Below, in pieces: positions 24,433-47,337 of a stretch of DNA of 64,000 nucleotides (positions within the stretch are counted from its first letter, which is position 1; each line of letters begins with the position of its first letter). The stretch comes from Blastocystis sp. Blastoise. Lineage: Eukaryota > Protista > Bigyra: Opalinata. The notes beneath the pieces were generated by a model. The model saw nothing but the letters and a program-made list of their open reading frames with translations, had not been told where the DNA came from and made no database searches. A program made the translations under genes and the position numbers. The stretch covers positions 124,001-188,000 of the forward strand of contig JBBPEB010000033.1 of assembly GCA_039096225.1 (NCBI GenBank). The letters are read 5' to 3'.

Positions 24433-25292
24433 GCCTTTTCTTGAATATCATTTATTTGTACAGTCAATGTATTCTATTTTCATGTTATTATTGTTTTTCT
24501 ACGTGTATCCGTTTATGTTTTTATGTTTTTCCTTATATGTGAATTTTTTTGTCCTATATATATATTTTTGTTTTAAACTTTTGATTCCAGTTCTGAAATC
24601 ATTCTTATAAGCAAAGGAATGTATTCATGAATTATTGTATGTGTTTAAAAAATCTTTATCAAGTACATTAAAGAAGAAGACATATATTTTTTCTAAAACT
24701 CTTCGTATTAAACATTAAATATCAACATAAAGACAAAAAAATAGAACTTCTATATAGTATTCATATCCAAAAAACAACAACATGCGATCGAATTCTAATT
24801 AGGTAGAACAATAGAAGATTATAGATTTTCTATAGATTAATCAAATCATTAATGATTCAAGTTCTCTATTTACATGAAATCAATGTACTTTCATTTCCCT
24901 AAAAACAACTTCGTGTCAAATGAAGAAAAAAAAAGTCGGAAATTTTATAAACGAAGATAATCAAATAACAAAAAGAAAATAAAAGAAAATCCTATTTTGG
25001 ATGTATAAATAACCACGAATAATTCCAAAGACGTTACGTTTTTCTATGTTTCCAGACAATGAGTCAGTTTTCTGAAGATTTGTCAGCAGGCTCTCTCACC
25101 CAAGAATACGAAGAATAAACTTTTGGCTTTATAAAGATTTAACACGACACTTTGTGATCTATTAAGCGATTAATACAAAATTCTTTTTATATAGTAGGTT
25201 TCTACGCTTACTCTATAATTAATATTTGTAAGGTGAATGCTAAGTTATTCTTATTAATTGTTGATTCGATTCCAAAAATAAATAATTATTAA

Positions 25293-27644
25293 ATGTCTAC
25301 AACTACTATTGATACCAATAAATCTAAAATCTCGATTCTCAATTTAGTTCCAGGTATTCTTTAATTCTTCTTGTTTTCACATCAGTTTTTATGATATTTT
25401 TTATATTTAGGCTATGATGCTGAAAGAGACATTGATTTATGTGAACCTTGTATTTTTTCTATTGAGGTTCTTGTTCCTTACGAGTATGTTATTTTTATTC
25501 GAAACAATTCTTTTTATTTATCTATCATTTGAGTTTAAAAAGAATAGTTTTTTATATTTTTATTTATTTATAGACTTGACTCCTTTCGCTATAGAGGAAT
25601 AGAAGCTGAAATATGGACGAATGCATGCGATATTGTAAGGTATAAAAATATTTTATATCTAGTTTTCTTATCAACCTTTATTTTTATTCTTTATATTTTT
25701 AATTATATATTTTATTCTTTATATTTCAACTTTTATTTTTATTCTTTATATTTTTAATTATATATTTTATTCTTTATATTTTTATATATTCTTTATTCTT
25801 TATATTTTTAATTATATATTTTATTCTTTATATTTTTAATTATATTTTTTATTCTTTATATTTTTAATTATATATTTTATAGTTCAACAGGTAGATGGCA
25901 TGAGATTCCTTCAGAAAAGATATCCTTAAAGAAATCCCCTTTAGGTCGAGTTCATCAATTTACTGCATGCGTATTACCTATTATGTGTGGTCATTTTGAA
26001 TATACCGTACGCGCACGTGCACCGAAATCAGGTAATACTGACTGGACTTGGGGAGAGAACTTTCAAAAGAATGGAAAAATTAATGTTACACGTAATCCTG
26101 AAGAAAACACATTTGGTCTTACAAGTATATATATATATATATATTATTATTATTATATATAAGAGTAATAATATAATGTATTATAAATAGGAGATATTCG
26201 TCAATTCTGGCAATGGTTTGAAGATTGTGAACATACGATCAGTTTACAACCCCATGCGTCACCGCTGACGTCACCCTTAGGCATGTGCGACTTTGACTCC
26301 ACGGCAGACCAAGTTATTGCATATGTATCAGCATATATGGCAACAAATGCTCTACAAAATGGTGTTTCTTTGGATTCTTGTCGTATATTATTACCGCGAT
26401 TATGTACGAATAATTGGATTCGAAGTCGCGGGAATTTACGTCGATTACTTGTTTTATTTACTGGATCGTGTTTACGTGCAAATCTCCTTGAAAGAAAGTA
26501 TATATATATATATATATTATTCTTTATATGAAAATAATGAATATAATACTAAATGATTATATATATATATATATAATTCTTTTTTTTTTTATATAATGAT
26601 AATGATTATAATACTAAATGATTATATATATATATAGATTGAAGGATATACCTTATAATGAATGTACGTCTCATCACTCCTTCTCCTTCTCCTCCCCTTC
26701 CTCTATCGATAGTCATATATGTAAATGTATACCCTCTATTCTACTCAAACTAGCTCTACTTACAGATAATAATAAAAAGCGTTCTGTTCCTAATGATGTT
26801 ATTTTTGACCTTCTTCTTTCTTATATAAAAAATTCTCCAACTGATGAAATTGATTCTAATTTACCGTTTGATTTAATTCAATTACTTATTCAATCTGATG
26901 ATGTTATGTTATATATGTATATATCTCGTTTATTACGTGTATTATATGAAAAATCAAATATTATTATTAATAAACACAAGAATATATACATGTCTAATTA
27001 TGTTGTATATGCTATCATTGAAACACTCAACTTATATTCTGTGTTAGTAACAGAGAATGCGTGTGCCCTTCGTGAACGTGAAGTTGATGACGCTATATAT
27101 ACAGAAGGCCAACAAGGACCTCTTCATCTACTTATAAAGTTCATTCGATCTCTTTATATCGATAAATCTAGATATCCTTTTAATATATATATATATATAT
27201 TATTTCCTTTATAATATATATATATATATTCCTTAATCCATTACTCGCATGCGTACGTCCCTCAGTGAGAATTCTAAAGGTTATGACGCACTCCGTAAGA
27301 CTTATCCCAGTGACCAATCAGATTCCAATAAACTTCATAGCTCTTTTTCTTGTAATAACTTCTATAATTATACACGTCCCTCTTCTTCTTGTAACGGCAA
27401 TAACAATAATAATGGACCCTCACTTTGTATTCATGCATCTCTTTCCCGCTCTTTCTCATCTTCCCGCCTTTCCTCTTTAAATCCCTCATCAGACATCCAT
27501 GAGCGGGAAACAGCAAATGTTTCTGTCATTTTCGAATCTCTTTTAGAACTTTTTTTAAAAATGAAAGAAGATCATCCTGATTATAAGTATATATATATAT
27601 ATATATAATACTAGTTATTGTTTATTAAATCCTTTATATTTATG

Positions 27645-27724
<80 letters not shown>

Positions 27725-28722
27725 TGTCAACACTTATATATGAATTCTGTCAAATTGATGTCTATATACGTATATATATGATAAAGAGAATATTGAAATG
27801 TAAAGAAAAAGGAAGTGATGAAACAATTCAATTAATGAAATTATTTGATAGAGTTATTCGCATGGATAATGAATTATTATATGTAGACCAAACATTCAAA
27901 GTATATATATGTAATTATTTATTATTAACTATTATATGTAATTATTTATTATTAACTATTATATATATATAGATTCGAATTGTATCATATTATTTGAAAT
28001 TATTCCATTCACCTCATGTTATTGTATCTCTAACTGCATTAACGTATATTATATTATACTATATTATATTATATTATATACTATTATATACTATTATATA
28101 CTATTCTATTCTATGTAGTCTTATAGAGTATTCTTCATCATGTCCTTTCTGGATTCTTCTTGCAGGTGTTCCTAATAAGTATTCACAACGAGTATATATA
28201 TATATTAATTATATATACATTTACAAATAAATCTATAATAATAATATTATTATTATTATATATATAGTTTGTAGAATATTTGGATGAAGGTATGAATCAT
28301 TGGACACCTATATATGTAAATTCTATACATAAATATAAGGAAGATCTTAAAGATAAAGGAATACTTATTAATGGAGTATATATATTAGATTTTTTGAAAT
28401 TATAATATAATATAATATATGAATATTTATTCTAATTATTATATATAGGAATTAGATATAAGTTTTTTAGTTCAATCTGAAAATGATTGTATGAGACAAA
28501 GTACAATAACATCTTCTCCTCTTTTAACAGCACTGAATGTGACTGAATCTGAAAATCAGAATAACTCTCAAGATGAGGTATATTTATATATATATATATT
28601 ATTTCTTATGTATATCAACTTATTTTTATTGTTAATTATAGTGATCTTTATATATATAGTTTTTGGATGTCAAATGTCTCTCTCCTTCCTCTCCTTATGA
28701 TGGAAACTTATCGTTTCTCTAA
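25293..28722 (+). CDS. Divergent PP2A B56 (B')-like HEAT protein with an N-terminal beta-sandwich-like domain, 12 exons
   Basis: LIQLLIQSDDVMLYMYISRLLRVLYEK resembles [40 protein letters not shown] resembles CVSSPHFQVAERAL; MNHWTP resembles HWN. N-terminal pattern AEIWTN..GRWHEIP..GHFEYTVR..WTW..NGKINV. Confidence 0.6.
27172..27244 (+). other. U12-type AT-AC intron
   Basis: 5' end ATATCCTTT; branch TTCCTTAAT 7 nt before the end; terminal AC. Phase 2 joins the 26618 and 27249 ORFs (DKSSRMRT). Confidence 0.92.
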
Positions 28723-31012
28723 TTATATATATATATATAATTTCATTCATTTACTACTTCTACTTATTATTTTATATATATATATATAAACTATAAACCT
28801 AAGAATAATGCTATTCATAGGATTTTTTGTTCTAACCATTCTATCTTTTTTTCTTCTTCTATATATATCATTTTATGGATATTTATGGATTAATTTCATT
28901 TTCTCTATTTTTAAATATAATTTTAAAATAATTTTATCCATAAATTTTTTTAGAATTCTATAGAATTCATTATATCTCTTTTCTATTTGTTATATATATA
29001 TATTTAAAAATTCAGTTATCTTATAATTCTCTCTCTATATAATATCATTTTCCGCTTCTTACGATTTATCACATAATGTACTTTTTTTAAAATAAAAACA
29101 TATTTCTTCTTCTTTTTTAATTTTCTCCATTTTTCTATAATTATCATATATACATATTCTCTTCCTTTTTTGTTTTTATATATCTATTATATGTATAATT
29201 TCATACATATACAATAATTTGTTTAATATAAACTTTTAATCATTTTCTTCATTTTTTCATTTATATTAATATATATATATCTTTCTCTTCTAATACATTT
29301 GTATTATCTTCATTTCTAATATTTAGTTATGATAATGTTTTATTTATGTATTTATTTTCTATTAAACTCTCTTTATATTCATTTTATAATGGAATCTATT
29401 TAAATACATATATCAATACTTATCTTTTGTCTATTCGTTTTTTTTTTAATATTTATGTCTCCTATTAATATATTATTATATGTATACATACGCGTGTGTA
29501 TCAATCTATATTTATATATATAGTGGATCAAAGTTCTATTAGATTTCTAAGAGTCTATAAGATTCTTAATTCTCTTTGTTTAATTTGAATTTCTTATTTT
29601 TTTCTGTCTCTACTAATAATGCTGTATATCTAAGAATTGTATCAATCTATTCAGATATACAATTATTGATTATAACCTGGTTGTTATATATTCAATAATT
29701 GTCTCTTCTTTGTAATATATTCTTCTTCTATGTTTGTTTTTATACTTTTGAATGCCATTATTTATATGTTTATTTTTATACTTTTGATTGTCATTATTTA
29801 TATGTTTGTTTTTATTTCTTTTCCCTCTCAGTTGCAGCTTTTTTTTTTGATTCTATTATCGCAGTTATTTCTTGTTTTATTATATGTATTCTACTGGCTA
29901 ATAATTGTTTATTACAATTTTGTTCACTATTTAATTGTTTTAGTATACTGTTATTAATTCTATAAAAAAAAATTAAGTTTTTGTTGCTTTTATATATGTT
30001 TCTAGTTGAAAAATTTAATTATTAAGAAAAACTATAAAAACTGTATTTAATTGTTAATAATTAGAGATATTTATTATATAGAATAGACAATAATTCTTCA
30101 AAGTTAAATATTGAATGAGAATAATTAGAAAAACGTAAACAGAAAGGAAATATTATTATGAAAATGAATGAAATATATACAAGAATTCTGTTTTTGATAT
30201 GTATAGTATGCTATATTCATATTGATATAACATACGACATATAATAATAATAATATATATAATATATATAACGAAAAGATCAACAATAATAATAAACAAC
30301 ACATTGAATACACGAAGATAAAGAAATATATACATATAAATAAAAGTATATATAAATAAACAAAACTGATTATTAAAAAAAAAAATAAAAATATACTATT
30401 GTAAAAAAAAAAATCGATAATAATATGTAGATAAAAAAAAATGATAATTATATAATAAATGATTATATATATATATTGAAGAGTGTCAAATGAGAATAAT
30501 AGATTTAAAAAAAAATGAAAGAAATATAAATATTATAAATATTAATTATGATAAAGTATAAATAATAAGTATAATATGCTATTTCTAAGACTGAATTAAA
30601 AAAATCATAAGAAATAATAAACATAAAATATACTATAAATGAAAAAAAGAAAAATAACAAAGAAAAGGAGAAAAAATATGTATATATATATAAGTGAAGA
30701 GAAAGAAATAGATTAAAGAAGAATGGAAATAATGATAAAGATATAAGTATTTATATATTTATATCAGGAATAATAATAATCAAGTACTAGGTTAGATGCC
30801 GTTCTTGGAGAGAAAGAAAATTTAATGGAAATTATATATATATATAATTAATAGAAATAATAGTGAATAAATAAAGATACATATGTCATTTTCAAAATAA
30901 GGAATATATGATATTGATAATATCATCTTTGTTTATTTACTATTAATAAGCATATATAAATATAAATAGATGGTATACACAGGTAATATATATATATATA
31001 TATATATATATT

Positions 31013-33876
<2,864 letters not shown>

Positions 33877-35223
33877 GAAGATGAAATCTAATGTATCTCA
33901 ACTATTAATGACAATAAAAGTTTGCTCGTAATAAAAACTTTTCTCCTTGTTTATTTACAACTATTGCCCGTTTCTTTTTTTTTTCGACATAAAAAATGAG
34001 AAAAATCCAGAAACCCATCCATGTCCCCATTCAAAAATTTGATTGGATGAACCAAATGTAAATCTAGTCAGGTTTTTTATTTTATTATACATAACAAGTT
34101 ATCGTGATTATTCTGTTATGTTCACCCTATTTTTTAATTTTTAAAAATAATTGATAGTTTTTACTAATAATTATAAAATAAACTCTATTTTTAAATAGAA
34201 TTAATGATATTCTTGACATCTTGTTTATATCATATCATAGGAAATATATTTTCTCTTATATCATTGATATAGCACTCTTTGATTCTCATTATTACATTAA
34301 AATCAATGTTATTTTCTTTTATATAGATCTATGAAAGAACATCTAATAAAATCTTACATTATAAAATGAATATTCATAGTTCACTTTAACTCTTTTCAGC
34401 AAATTTTCTTCATTTTCTTTTTGTTTCTAGTTTTTTCTAATCATTGAGTTTATTTACAGAGAATTCAGATAATATTTGAAAAGAAGAATCAAGTGCTCCT
34501 CATTTTATCCTTATAAAAATGTTAACTTGGTCTATTACATGTTTTTATTGAGTATTTTATATGTAATATATACGAGAAAAAATATATATAATAATAAAGA
34601 TTAAACACAACACTATGAACGTTATACGATTATTCATATGAATAGAAACATTATATAAATTAATAAAAATAACTGTATATTTTATATAATATTAAAGTAT
34701 TAAAAATATTATTGATATCCTTTATTTCTGAATATATATTATTCTTTTCATTATTTCTGAATATATACTGCTTTTACATATATACATGATATTTAAATTA
34801 CATATCATATATAATCCATAAATTAACTGGCTATTTAAATATCTTCACGACTTGTTTGCAATTATGTTAGATTTAATTGTAAAGGATGTTGTTTATATTA
34901 TTTAAATAAATTGATTGTGTAGAATAAGAAAATATAAGCTATTATAAGATTTAAAAAACGATATATCTCATACAGTTGCCACTTTTCTGCAATTGATCAT
35001 TTTTCACTTTTTCTCATTTTATGTTATGATATAAAAGTTTTTATGTAGAAAAATAAATGAGTAATGAAATAAATAGAAATCTCGATATTTTTATTCAATA
35101 ATACAATATATATATATATATCAAATAATGAGGAACAACAAAAAAAGAAAGGAGGGAAAAATAGCCAACAAGTTTGCTTAATAACACTATTGACTTTTTA
35201 AATATTATATACTAGTCATAATA

Positions 35224-40166
<4,943 letters not shown>

Positions 40167-40662
40167 CAATAATTATGGAATATTCACATTAAGTATCTTT
40201 AAAAGAATGTTTACACATATCTTTTCATTATTTGATTTTTTATAATCTTATTAAAATGAGTATTTATCGACTCACTAATATTTTCGTTATCTTCTCCAAT
40301 AGAACTTAATGAAATGACAAGAAACATGATACTCTTTTAGCAAAGCCAACTTAACTTGGCTTCATTAGCAATTCTATAAATAAATCACTACTATTTAATT
40401 AAATCTAAAAAACTATAAATCGCATGATTAGTCTATCGGTCCTACTTATTCACAATGAATATTCTCCATACAATTCTATTGCATAAAATTTCTAGATCTT
40501 AAGTATTAAGATAATTTGGATCATCATTATACTAGATATTTATAAAACAAACAAACTTTATGCAAACACGGGAAACAAATAAAAAATTGCTAGAAGTAGC
40601 AAAAGATCCATGATTATTACATCTTATTATATAATTGTCATAATTCCTCGTAATAATACCTT

Positions 40663-42565
40663 ATGTTTAACGTATATAACAAGGATAGATTGATGTATAT
40701 GTTTTAGGCTTCTGGTCAAACATTAGTGTCTATTCCTGTAGATCAATCTTTAGGTATGTTTCTTTTATTATGTTAAAACACTCTATTAAATATTAGAATG
40801 GCTTGTAAAACATCATAAAAGAAGTCAAGAATGGTATTTTATACTATGTTTTTTTTCTCATTATTTTTCTAGGGAAACTGAGTTGTCTTCTATTAATAAA
40901 ATTGTTCAAACTGCTATTGACATTACTATAAAAGAAGGCATATCTATTCCATTTACTGTTTCTAATTATTCTTATTATGAAGTTCAAAGACTTTTTAATC
41001 AACTTGTAACAGAAAGAGATAATTCAAAATCAGACTCGGATACTGTATATAATTATTGTCTTTATTTCTTATCTGTTTTTGTTTGTTTAGTATAAAGATA
41101 TTTTATTGAATTCCTGGAATCATATATTATCTCTATTTAACCACGAATATTTACATTTATATCATTCTCTTCTTCGTCTTCAACAAGTAGATAATTCATG
41201 CAAGTATATTAATAGTATTATTATATTGAGTATTAATTGTATTTATGATTCTATACAAGTTTATTATTTAAAAGATAATCATAATAATCATAATAATCAT
41301 AATAATCATAATAATCATAATCATAATCATAATCATAATAATATTAATCATAATCATAATCATATATTCCATAGTGAATTTGCTATAGAAATCAAGAAAT
41401 ATAGCAGTTTAATCGATAGTACAAATAATAAGAAACAAGTATACTATTATCTATAATACATATAATATAATATAATATAATATATAGGCTGTATCTTCTA
41501 TGATGATCTCGCAACAAAAACAAATTTCAAATTTATTCACAAAATATACATTAAAAGTATATACTTAAACATTATTCATTCTATTAATGACTTTGTTCCT
41601 AGAGTGAGGATTGTGTCTCTAAGGATTCTATTACTCATTCTATATTAACTACTTCTCTCCAAGCCTCAATTCCCACGGTTTTATCTATCATAACTTATTT
41701 CGAAAACCCTTTATTTACTCAACTATATACTTATTTCTCTTCATTTATCACTTATACAGCCATAGTATATATATATATATTATTGTTATTATTATATTCT
41801 TATTATCTTATAGTATATATATATTTTAATCTTATTATGTACTTATAGTCTAAATCCCCCATTGATCCCTCACAAATATTAACGGCAATCCCTGGATTTC
41901 TACAATGTGAAGAGGGAATCGAAGAGTACAAGAATAGTATTTCTACAATCCCTCATCCATATGCCAACGAATTCTTTTCGAAAGATCATACAAAATGCAG
42001 ATACCTTGAGGATAGTACACAATTTGAATTATTATATAATGATATAAAATTATTGGCTGGATTTATTTCAGAGAGAATTCAGCTTTTCGATGAAAATATA
42101 ATTTATAACTCAGTTTCATTTCATTCAAAAGAAACTCTTCAAACTCTCCAATCATATACAAAGAAAGATATGACGTCAGCATTAGATCACGTGACATCGT
42201 TGTTACACATAATGGAGGATTCTTCAATCTTATTGGTTCATACTATTCATGACACACCTGGCTTCATCGATTATTTATTTATTACTATAGAAAAAGAAAA
42301 TAATAAGGTGAATTACATATCCAGTATATTAAAATCCCTCAATACTCAAATAGATTCATATCGCTGTCATATAAACACTATTAATGAGAATAAGGACCTA
42401 TATATCAATTACATGAAAGAACTCTTAGAATATGTATATATATATATTTTATATATATTTTATATATATATAAATCAACTATCTATATATATATAGCTAA
42501 AGAAAGATATGAATCAACTCTTTTCTGATTATAATTTTACTCTCACATCGTCAAATATACTTTAA
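40663..42565 (+). CDS. CDK5RAP3: CDK5RAP3/C53-like protein (divergent), 8 exons
   Basis: SIPVDQSLEWLVKHHKRSQEW resembles DIQTSKLLDWLVDRRHCSLKW; also YSYYEV, SWNHILSLF..EYLHL, DIKLLAGFISER and the C-terminal KELLEYLKKDMNQLF. Confidence 0.7.
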
Positions 42566-42848
42566 TTCTGAGGTTAATCATTATATATTAATTAATTGAA
42601 TTTACTCTATTGCATGTTTTCTGTCTAATTATTCTACAAGTTCTTCAACGTTATTTTTTAACAGTATTCACTTTTAGTTTTGTTTGTATATAATAAATAT
42701 ATGGGAAAGCGTATAGATAATCAAGTATTTATGTATATATAAGTTACCAAAGAAAAACACAACAAAAGTATATAATAATGTACATTTATAAAACACAAGT
42801 AGTAATTAATAACAAATAAATATATAAAAGATGTATATAAATAAGTAG

Positions 42849-43812
42849 CTAAGAGAGAACATCTTTTGTTTGTGTCGATGTTGTCACATGATTCTTCGAT
42901 GCCATTAATCTATATATATAAAGGTATATTATAGATCATATAGCATAATAGTTATTTAGATATATATAAAGGTATATTATAGATCATATAGCATAATAGT
43001 TATTTAGATATATATAAAGGTATATTATAGATAATAGATAGTATAGTAGTTATTTAGATATATATAAAGGTATATTATAGATAATAGATAGTATAGTAGT
43101 TATAAATATATATATATATACTCTGATATAAATCCATAAGCAAAAATAATAAGGAGACCAGCGAAAAACACAAATGAATACTGTTCCAATAACTTATAAC
43201 GCATAATCTTATTCTTGTAATAATTTATATTTAAATACATATTTTGTAAATCTATATATATATTATTATTAAGATTAACTTAATATCAAAACAATCATAT
43301 AGAAATAAATGGTTTATAATAATAATATTATTATTATTATTAATATATATATATACGTCGGTCATATTCGAAAGGAGAGGGGAATGGGAAGAAGGAATCA
43401 TAAAAGTCTTTTAAGGCCTTAATAACCGCGGGGGAAGGAGAGTTCATGTCATCATTAATGCAAATAAACTTGGAATGACGAGCACGAATACTATCCAATT
43501 TCTCAGTAGTATAATTATAATCGTCATTAATCATTTCAAAGGCAACTGATTGGTCATCTGTAGTATCCACGTGATCTTCAATGTGCGTCATGGGTGATAA
43601 ATCTAATTTTTGACGTTGAATTACGTTTGATTTAACCGATGACACAGCTTCGTCACATGCCATAAATAATTCAAATCTATATATAGAATGAATAGTATTA
43701 ATAGTATTCTTTATTTTTAATTTTGACTTTGATTATATTATATATTATATATTATATTTTATATTATTTTTTATATTCATATTTATATTTATAGTCCACA
43801 TCCTCTCTCTTA

Positions 43813-43855
<43 letters not shown>

Positions 43856-46800
43856 GTAACAGCCGGTTTAAATTTTGTGATTCGTTTATATTGGCCATCG
43901 TGATCCTCATATTCTGTAACAGTAACAGCCTCTGGAGATATACATCGACTTAATCTCTCTACCTTCCTATATATACATATAATAATACTTATATATAATA
44001 ATAAACTAAACATATATATATAATATATAATAATAAACTAAATAAATATATATATATATATGTAATATAAATATACTCATCATTAATCTTTCCATCTTGA
44101 ATCATAGCTAGTAAAGTTCTATATTCATTAATATCAGCAATACCATCATGATTTGTATCTATAAACATATCCCATACCGCTCTTAAAGAATCAATTTCCT
44201 TCTCTTTCTCTCTTTCCATCATATATCGGAAATAAGTAAAAGCATATTGCATGTCTTCAACATCACGAAACCGATGGGAGGATGTCTTCTCAAATTCACC
44301 ACTAAAACGATGAGATACTTCCTCAAGCACGTGTTTATTCAACATATGAGGCATGTGCGCAGGCACGTGAGGCTTCCCTTTGACTTTCCCAAATACATTA
44401 ATAAATTGTTTAATAGTATATATAAGAGACTCTCTATATGTATCTACCAATCTTCTTCCTATATATATATATATATTATATTATATATATACAGATATCA
44501 ACATGGAATTATTTTATAATATATTTATAGTATGGAAAAATAGATTATAAACATTATAGATATAAAAAATATAATAATTATTATTATTTTTATTAATATA
44601 TATATATATATATACCATGTGCATCTCGTTGGCCATCAATAATTTCCCGCTCTTGCTCTGCGCGGTAAGATTCATATACAGAGGGATTAATAGAATCATC
44701 TCCTTCTCCTTCTGTGTCTTCATCCCCGTGGGAATAATAAGCATAATCATCATCATGAACAAGTTCTTCGTAAATAGAATCATAATCATAATCTTGGGAA
44801 AACCCAGTTTCATCCGTGATATTAGAAGTATTTCCATAAATAAAAGTATTCTTATGTAGAGCAGCCTTTCCCGTGAGAATCTCATGGATCTCTTGGAGAT
44901 CCGATGTACCGAATCGTAACGTAAAGTAACGACGCACGTGAGGTGAGCCAAGGTCAAGAGTAACATTATTAAAGAGAATTTGTTTATTTATATAGTTATA
45001 TATAAGCATATCGTTAACATCTTCTTTGATTACTGTTGTTAGAGATGACTGTGTTTCATTGTTCTCAGAGACTGGAATAGTATTCTCCATTGTCTCATTA
45101 ATTGGATTTACCATTTTAATATTATTTGAAAAACTATAAATAAATTTAAAAAATAAATAAATAATATAAATAAAATAAATAAATAATATTAATTAAATAA
45201 ATAAATAAATAAATTTAAAAAATAAACATATATATATATACATTTGAGTATCTAAATATTCATATAATTCTTTCAATTTCTTATGTTTATCCTATATAAA
45301 TATAACGTTATATACATATATAAGAGAGAACTATCAAACAATATATATATATACTTACTTGATTACACATAGTTTGAACTTCTTTCTGAATCCCGTGGGA
45401 ATCAATCTCTAATGAAATAGCTATTTTTGGTTTCTCAATTCTCTCTTTATATATATATCGTATACGATCTAATCCCTCCTTTTCTATAACGTATATCGTT
45501 TGATTGGTCAATTCATCTTGAATTGTATCTTTTATATATGGATGAATAGTCTTCTTATAATATTGATTTTCCGTGAATATTCCTAAGTCTATAGCACAAT
45601 GAAGTTCTTTAACTACGGGAATACAGAGATTAATAGTTTTATACTCAGGATATAAATAGGATAATATATGTCTACTTCCTATATGTATATGTTGATATAT
45701 ACATGTAGAATATTTATAGGTAAGAGATATATTAGTATAAATAGAATTATGTTGAGTTAAATATTGTCTATAAATCTGGCGACAAGAATGACGCGGCTTA
45801 TAATTCGGATAAGTTGACATCAGACGTGTCTGAATATTACTGGATCCCAAATAAATCGTCTCTGGAGAAGAAGAGGCAGAGAGAGGGATCGTTTGGCGGG
45901 AAATGGGGGATACCTTTGAAGGATTTGTATTCTGTACTATAACTGTATCATTAATGAGTAATTCCCCGTGAATAATATCAATATCTGTTGAATTCTTCTC
46001 TTTTCCCTGAGAAAAAGATACAGGATAGAGTATAGGGTCTTCTTCAGAGAGATTTATATATCCATTATTTGTATATAGATCTTCTTGAGAATATTTATAC
46101 GTATAGAGAAGATCATAGTCTTTATAGATATTTGGTATATAGAGATTATTAGATATAGTGATATAACCCTCATTAGATATGTTACGCACGTGATATGGAA
46201 CACTAGTAAATGGACAATCGAATACCATACTTTGTGGAGTTTCCACTTCTCTTGTTTTGGAATACAATTCTAAATAATGAATTAGATTTGTATCGAGACA
46301 TTTTGTTTTAATTTCATCGGTTTTTCCTTCTGGAATAGTGTTATTTTCTCCATTTCCTAGAGGATGAAGCATAACAAAGGCAGGTGGCATCATGACATCA
46401 TCAAGATCCCCGTGGTTATCCACAGTTTCTATATGTTCTCCTTGTATATCTCCAAATGGATCTGTATATATAGGTATATATAATGTTGAATAATGTTGAG
46501 TAATATTATAGAGAGAGCAGTAATAAGGGGTCATATCCGGCAGGGGAGACCAAATGTCGATGAAGGGGAGGGAGAAAGGCACTCGAAGGATGGTGAAGGA
46601 ATAAGAGAGAATAGACTCCTATATAAATATATAGTCATATATATATATATATATATACATCTAATGTCTTAACCTTAATAACCATGGGAATAGATGATGA
46701 GATAGATGTGTTATATATAGTTGTAAATATAATAACTAACGATTTATAATAAGAAGAATAAATACTCTGATAAACTTCAACTATATATAGTATTTCGTTA

Positions 46801-47240
46801 GTGATTAATAAATATATAAAATACAATAATACTAATAATAATTATTATTATATATGTATATACAGTCATCAGGGAAACTGATTTCAGAAATAGTATTATT
46901 ATTCTCGACAAATGATTGGATATCTAGAAATGAGTATTGAAATCGACTATCCAGAAGAAGTTTTTCTGGAGATGTTGGTGTTAATGTGACTTTAAAGGGA
47001 TGGTCTGTTGCTAATTGTTTAGATATCTCTATATAAGGTAATATATATATATATGATTAAGTATATAATGTAATATATATATATATAGATACCCCCATGA
47101 ATAAAATTGGTATCATTAAGAGGAATATCTAGAATTGTGTTCATTTCTGTCATTTCTACTCCGTACAAATTGATTCCACAATCGAATCCATCGAATCCAC
47201 ATTCTTTATTGTTACAACCTCTATCACATGTCTATATATA

Positions 47241-47337
<97 letters not shown>

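Noticed and set aside
30805-30880. Minus-strand GTATCTTT...CCAAG as a U12 GT-AG intron extending the CRC gene
   Set aside because: It lies downstream of the stop, no open frame joins across it, and the branch site match is weak.
34020-34060. CCAAT plus CHR (TTTGAA) upstream of the CRC gene as an autoregulatory element
   Set aside because: Short AT-rich motifs are expected by chance in this genome.
40300-40612. Small spliced minus-strand ORF and hairpin between the SHOC1-like gene and C53
   Set aside because: The best product is about 27 aa with no recognisable motif, and the hairpin is only 7 bp.
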